Part shown: piece by piece, positions 60,915-64,000 of the stretch
Position numbering within the stretch: the first letter of the stretch is position 1
How the letters are laid out: every line of letters starts with the position of its first letter
Assembly (NCBI GenBank): GCA_963793305.1
Contig: CAWBZV010000010.1
Location: forward strand, 64,001-128,000
Direction of reading: 5' to 3'
Origin: an uncultured Gemmatimonadales bacterium
GTDB taxonomy: Bacteria > Gemmatimonadota > Gemmatimonadetes > Gemmatimonadales > Gemmatimonadaceae
DNA length: 64,000 bases
Notes under the pieces: model-generated
Seen by the model: the letters and a program-made list of their open reading frames with translations, nothing else
What the model was told of the DNA's origin: nothing
The model's database searches: none
Program-made: the position numbers and the translations under genes

Positions 60915-61574
60915 TCACGACGGCTCGACCGTCAGCTGATTGTCCACGCGCCTGGTGCCCGGCGCCGCCCACGCCGCCCGTTCAGCCTCGCGACGCTCGT
61001 CGAACGACCTGACCGTCCCGCGCAGCGTCACCGTGTGCCCCTCGGTTTCGATCCCGATCTGCTCCGCATCGACCCTGGCGTTGCGCTCCAGGGCTGCCTC
61101 GATGTCGGCGCGGATGGCTACCGGCGACGCCTCGGATGGCGACACCGTAATCAAGTTCGTGATGGCCCGCACACCGATGAGGTTCCGGACGGCAGCTTCC
61201 GCCGCGTCGCGCTCGAAGACCGTGTCCACAGTGCCGTCGAGCGTCAGACACCCGCGCTCGGCGCGGATTTTTACCCGATCCTTGGGCACGAAGAGATCCC
61301 AGTCGAGGAGGTTCGCGGCCGAGCGGGCGAGGTCCCCGTCCGACTGCTCGAACTTATGCGGTAGCTCGACCTGTAGCTCTTGTGCGACGCCACGCACGCC
61401 TTTGACGCGTTCCGCGGCTTGCGCGGCCGCGTACTTCTCGCCGTAGCTCGGCACGCAGCCACGCAACGTCACCACACCATCCTTCACACTCACACCAATG
61501 CCCTTCTCCGAAACGCTCGGCTCAAAGCGAAGCGACTCGATGATGTCGTGCTGCAAGTGCGCATCCGTCTTCAT
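60915..61574 (-). CDS. Triple BON-domain (OsmY-like) protein
   Basis: Paralog of 28869-29564 (EPSV.EKG.GV.V..G.VTL.G, ERVKGVR.VA.EL.V.LP). Confidence 0.92.
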   Translation of the reverse strand: MKTDAHLQHDIIESLRFEPSVSEKGIGVSVKDGVVTLRGCVPSYGEKYAAAQAAERVKGVRGVAQELQVELPHKFEQSDGDLARSAANLLDWDLFVPKDRVKIRAERGCLTLDGTVDTVFERDAAEAAVRNLIGVRAITNLITVSPSEASPVAIRADIEAALERNARVDAEQIGIETEGHTVTLRGTVRSFDERREAERAAWAAPGTRRVDNQLTVEPS

Positions 61575-61678
61575 CTGATCCTCCGCTCCCGCATTCGCAT
61601 GATGACGCGCCATGCGAGGAAGCTGACGAACAGGAGACCGACGGCCGACAGCACGACTACGCCAATGTTCTGCAGCAC
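61571..61678 (-). CDS. Putative 35-aa single-TM microprotein
   Basis: GGAG RBS, GTG start, MLQNIGVVVLSAVGLLFVSFLAWRVIMRMRERRIR*, ATGA overlap with the BON gene; below the ORF-track cutoff. Confidence 0.55.
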   Translation of the reverse strand: MLQNIGVVVLSAVGLLFVSFLAWRVIMRMRERRIR

Positions 61679-61730
61679 AATGCACTCCGATCAGGTTGTA
61701 TTGAGCCTACCGCGGGCGGTCGGGGACGAC

Positions 61731-61771
61731 TATCGGGTAGTCGGCGACAGCGTGTGAGGCATCACCTGACA
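61731..61771. promoter_or_regulatory. Two tandem 19-bp operators, 22-bp spacing
   Basis: T-ATCGGG-TAGTC-GGCGAC-A (61731) and T-GTGAGG-CATCA-CCTGAC-A (61753). Confidence 0.65.
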
Positions 61772-61804
61772 CCGCCCAACCCCGAGGTTTATACGCTACG
61801 AAGC

Positions 61805-62287
61805 ATGAAGACACTCATCGTTTATTACTCACGTTCCGGGCACACGCGCCGCGTGGCCGTCGCGCTCGCTGCATCGCTACAAGCGGACCTGGAAGAGATC
61901 ACGGAACCGCGTGGTCGTCAGGGGATCTTCGGGTACCTTCGCTCGGCGAGGGAAGCGATCAAGCGCATTCCGGTGCGCATTACACCGACGCGCGATCCGG
62001 CGCTGTACGACCTCGTCGTGATCGGCACGCCCGTGTGGGCGGCATCCCTGTCCTCCCCCGTGCGGGCCTACCTGATCGCCAATCGCGATCGCTTGGGCGA
62101 CATGGCGTTCTTCTGCACGATGGGCGGACGCGGCAGCGCAAACGTGTTCGCGCAGATGCAGAAGCTGACGCGCAGGCCGCCGCGCGACACGATCGCTGTC
62201 ACGGATCGCGAGATCACCTCTGGCGTGTGTTGGGCGCGCCTCGAAGCCTTCGCGGCGACGATCGCGCCGTTCGTGCCCACAACCTGA
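61805..62287 (+). CDS. Flavodoxin-family protein
   Basis: YYSRSGHT, YDLVVIGTPVWA, AFFCTMGG. Confidence 0.9.
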   Translation: MKTLIVYYSRSGHTRRVAVALAASLQADLEEITEPRGRQGIFGYLRSAREAIKRIPVRITPTRDPALYDLVVIGTPVWAASLSSPVRAYLIANRDRLGDMAFFCTMGGRGSANVFAQMQKLTRRPPRDTIAVTDREITSGVCWARLEAFAATIAPFVPTT

Positions 62288-62308
62288 GACCTTCACCGTA
62301 TCCTCACG

Positions 62309-62575
62309 ATGTCACGACTGCTCGCTTTCATCATGATCGCGGGCTGCTGGGCCACCAGCGCTGCGCAGGTTCCCACGCCACCCGATGCCAATGATCCGCC
62401 AGGCCGGGTCGGACGCTTGTCGTTCATCGAAGGCGCGGTGTCCTTCCGGCCGGCCGCCGGGGACACGTGGGCGATACCACAGCCGAACCGAGCGGTTACG
62501 ACCGGCGATGAGCTGTGGGTGGATGTGTCCAGCGTCGAGACCGTGCCGGGCGTGCTGTCGGTGAAGTGCGGGTAG
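62309..62575 (+). pseudogene. Truncated N-terminus of a secreted FecR-like/DUF6600-type protein
   Basis: Signal peptide plus DPPGRVGRLSFIEG.VSF.PA...W....NR.VTTGD.LW, followed by an early stop. Confidence 0.6.
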
Positions 62576-62637
62576 ATAATGGCGGCTTCGGTCTCGTTGC
62601 TGCCCGCGACACAGAGAACCGGACCCGCGCTCGCGTC

Positions 62638-63015
62638 ATGCCACGTGAGTTGTCGACCGGGGCGGCGGACGATCTCGTACGGGCAACGGAGCTCGCGCGC
62701 GAGATGGTCATGCGCTACGGCATGGACGCGACCGTTGGCAACGCGGTCTATCGCGACGGGTCGATTGCGCCGGAATCGCGACTGTACAGCGAGCAGACGG
62801 CGCGCGATATCGAGTCCGCCGTCCGGGGCTTGCTGCAAGGGGCGCTCGATCGCGCCATTGCGATTTTGACGCTCAACCGGACTGCGCTCGACGACGGCGC
62901 GAAGCGCTTGCTCGACCGCGAGACGCTGACGCGCGACCAACTGCCGTCCGTCACGCCGGCGCCGGAGGAAGAGGCCCCCCGCGTCAGTGTCAGCGTCAGG
63001 GAACCCCTGACATAG
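62638..63015 (+). pseudogene. ftsH: C-terminal fragment of an FtsH (peptidase M41) gene
   Basis: STGAADDL.RAT.LAR.MV.RYGM...YSEQTA..I...LLDRETL; no AAA domain and no HExxH upstream. Confidence 0.75.
62994..63012. promoter_or_regulatory. 19-bp palindromic operator
   Basis: C-GTCAGG-GAACC-CCTGAC-A upstream of nirK. Confidence 0.75.
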
Positions 63016-63067
63016 AACGCGGTGAGCCCCGACGCCGCAGGGGTTCGCGGTTCGCGATTGTTGGACC

Positions 63068-64000
63068 ATGCGTACATCTACTCACAAACTCATCTCCCTT
63101 GTCCTTATCGTCGTCGCGCTGATCGTCGGCGGCTTCTCGCTCCTCGGCGCCGTGCGCCGCGGGGGTCCGATCGAGTCCGTGGACTTCGACCGCGTGCAGC
63201 GCTCGACCTCTCCCGCCTACGATGCTCGGCTCACGAGACCATCGGACGCACGGGTCAAAGCGTTTCGCATCCCGATCAAGGACGCGACGATCGAGATCGC
63301 GGCCGGCGTCACGTATCACGCCTGGACATTCGGTGGCACGGTCCCCGGCCCGGTGCTTCGCGTTCGCGTCGGCGACGAAGTCCGTATTACGGTGGTGAAC
63401 GAGTCACCACTGCCCCACTCGATCGACTTCCACGCAGCCCGGATTCCGGCAAACGTCGCGTATCGCATGATCATGCCGCACGACTCCGTGGCCTTCACGT
63501 TCACGGCGCGCGATGCCGGCGCATTCATGGTGCACTGCGGTACCCCCCCGGTGCTCATGCACATCATGCAGGGCATGTATCTCCCGATCATCGTCGACCC
63601 CCGAGACGGCTGGCCGACCGCAGCGGACAAGGAGTTCGTGTTGGTCGAGAGTGAGTTCTACAACAAAGGACAGGACGCCGACTGGCCCGCGGCGATGGCG
63701 AAGAACGCCAGCTATGTCGTCTTCAATGGCCGGGCGTTCCAATACAGGGACATCCCCCTCCACGTCGATGTCGGTGATCGCGTGCGATTGTTCGTGGTGA
63801 ACGCCGGGCCGAACGCGACCAGCGACTTTCACATCGTCGGCGCCGTCTTCGACCACGTATATCCCAATGGCGATCCGTCGCATGGGCTGAGCGGCGTGCA
63901 GACCTATGCTGTCCCGCCTGGCGGCGGCGCGGTCTTCGAGACCGTGTTCGACCGAGGCGCCAGTGGCGAGGGCTTGTATCCGTTCGTCACGCACAGCTTC
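63068..64000 (+). CDS. nirK: Copper-containing nitrite reductase, runs off right window edge
   Basis: Manual translation (absent from ORF track): N-terminal hydrophobic anchor, WTFGGTVPGP, PHSIDFHAA, VHCGTPPVLMHIMQGM, NAGPN..SDFHIVG, YPFVTHSF. Confidence 0.88.
   Translation, partial: MRTSTHKLISLVLIVVALIVGGFSLLGAVRRGGPIESVDFDRVQRSTSPAYDARLTRPSDARVKAFRIPIKDATIEIAAGVTYHAWTFGGTVPGPVLRVRVGDEVRITVVNESPLPHSIDFHAARIPANVAYRMIMPHDSVAFTFTARDAGAFMVHCGTPPVLMHIMQGMYLPIIVDPRDGWPTAADKEFVLVESEFYNKGQDADWPAAMAKNASYVVFNGRAFQYRDIPLHVDVGDRVRLFVVNAGPNATSDFHIVGAVFDHVYPNGDPSHGLSGVQTYAVPPGGGAVFETVFDRGASGEGLYPFVTHSF

Noticed and set aside
3247..63012. The 19-bp palindromes as CRISPR repeats, REP elements, IS ends or terminators
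   Set aside because: They are degenerate, lie upstream of gene starts rather than between convergent genes, and have no spacers, cas genes, transposase or U-tracts

Overview
A high-GC bacterial window with no rRNA, tRNA, CRISPR array or transposase seen. The gene style suggests Gemmatimonadota, which is an inference. The left half (6.9-28.4 kb) is an electron-transfer island. It encodes a Cyc2-like cytochrome-porin with a monoheme cytochrome c and a two-domain multicopper oxidase, a membrane-bound group 1 [NiFe]-hydrogenase, a four-gene porin-multiheme operon (about 45 heme motifs, including four CX4CH), a Rieske/cytochrome b-c module with a tandem cupredoxin, and System I* ccmEF. The right half (28.4-64 kb) resembles the mycobacterial DosR hypoxia/dormancy regulon: nine USPs, five BON proteins, Hsp20, PfkA, PpsA, Pyk, a phosphoribosyltransferase plus erythromycin-esterase-family pair, a PNPOx-like protein, HemG-like flavodoxin, NirK, a NarL-type regulator and a PAS/GAF kinase. 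Both halves share a 19-bp palindrome (consensus about TGTCAGG-N5-CCTGACA) found in 15 promoter regions, often in tandem at 22-bp spacing, which suggests one regulon. Nine single-base frameshifts, four at GACGTC, look like sequencing errors. Several true gene remnants are also present.
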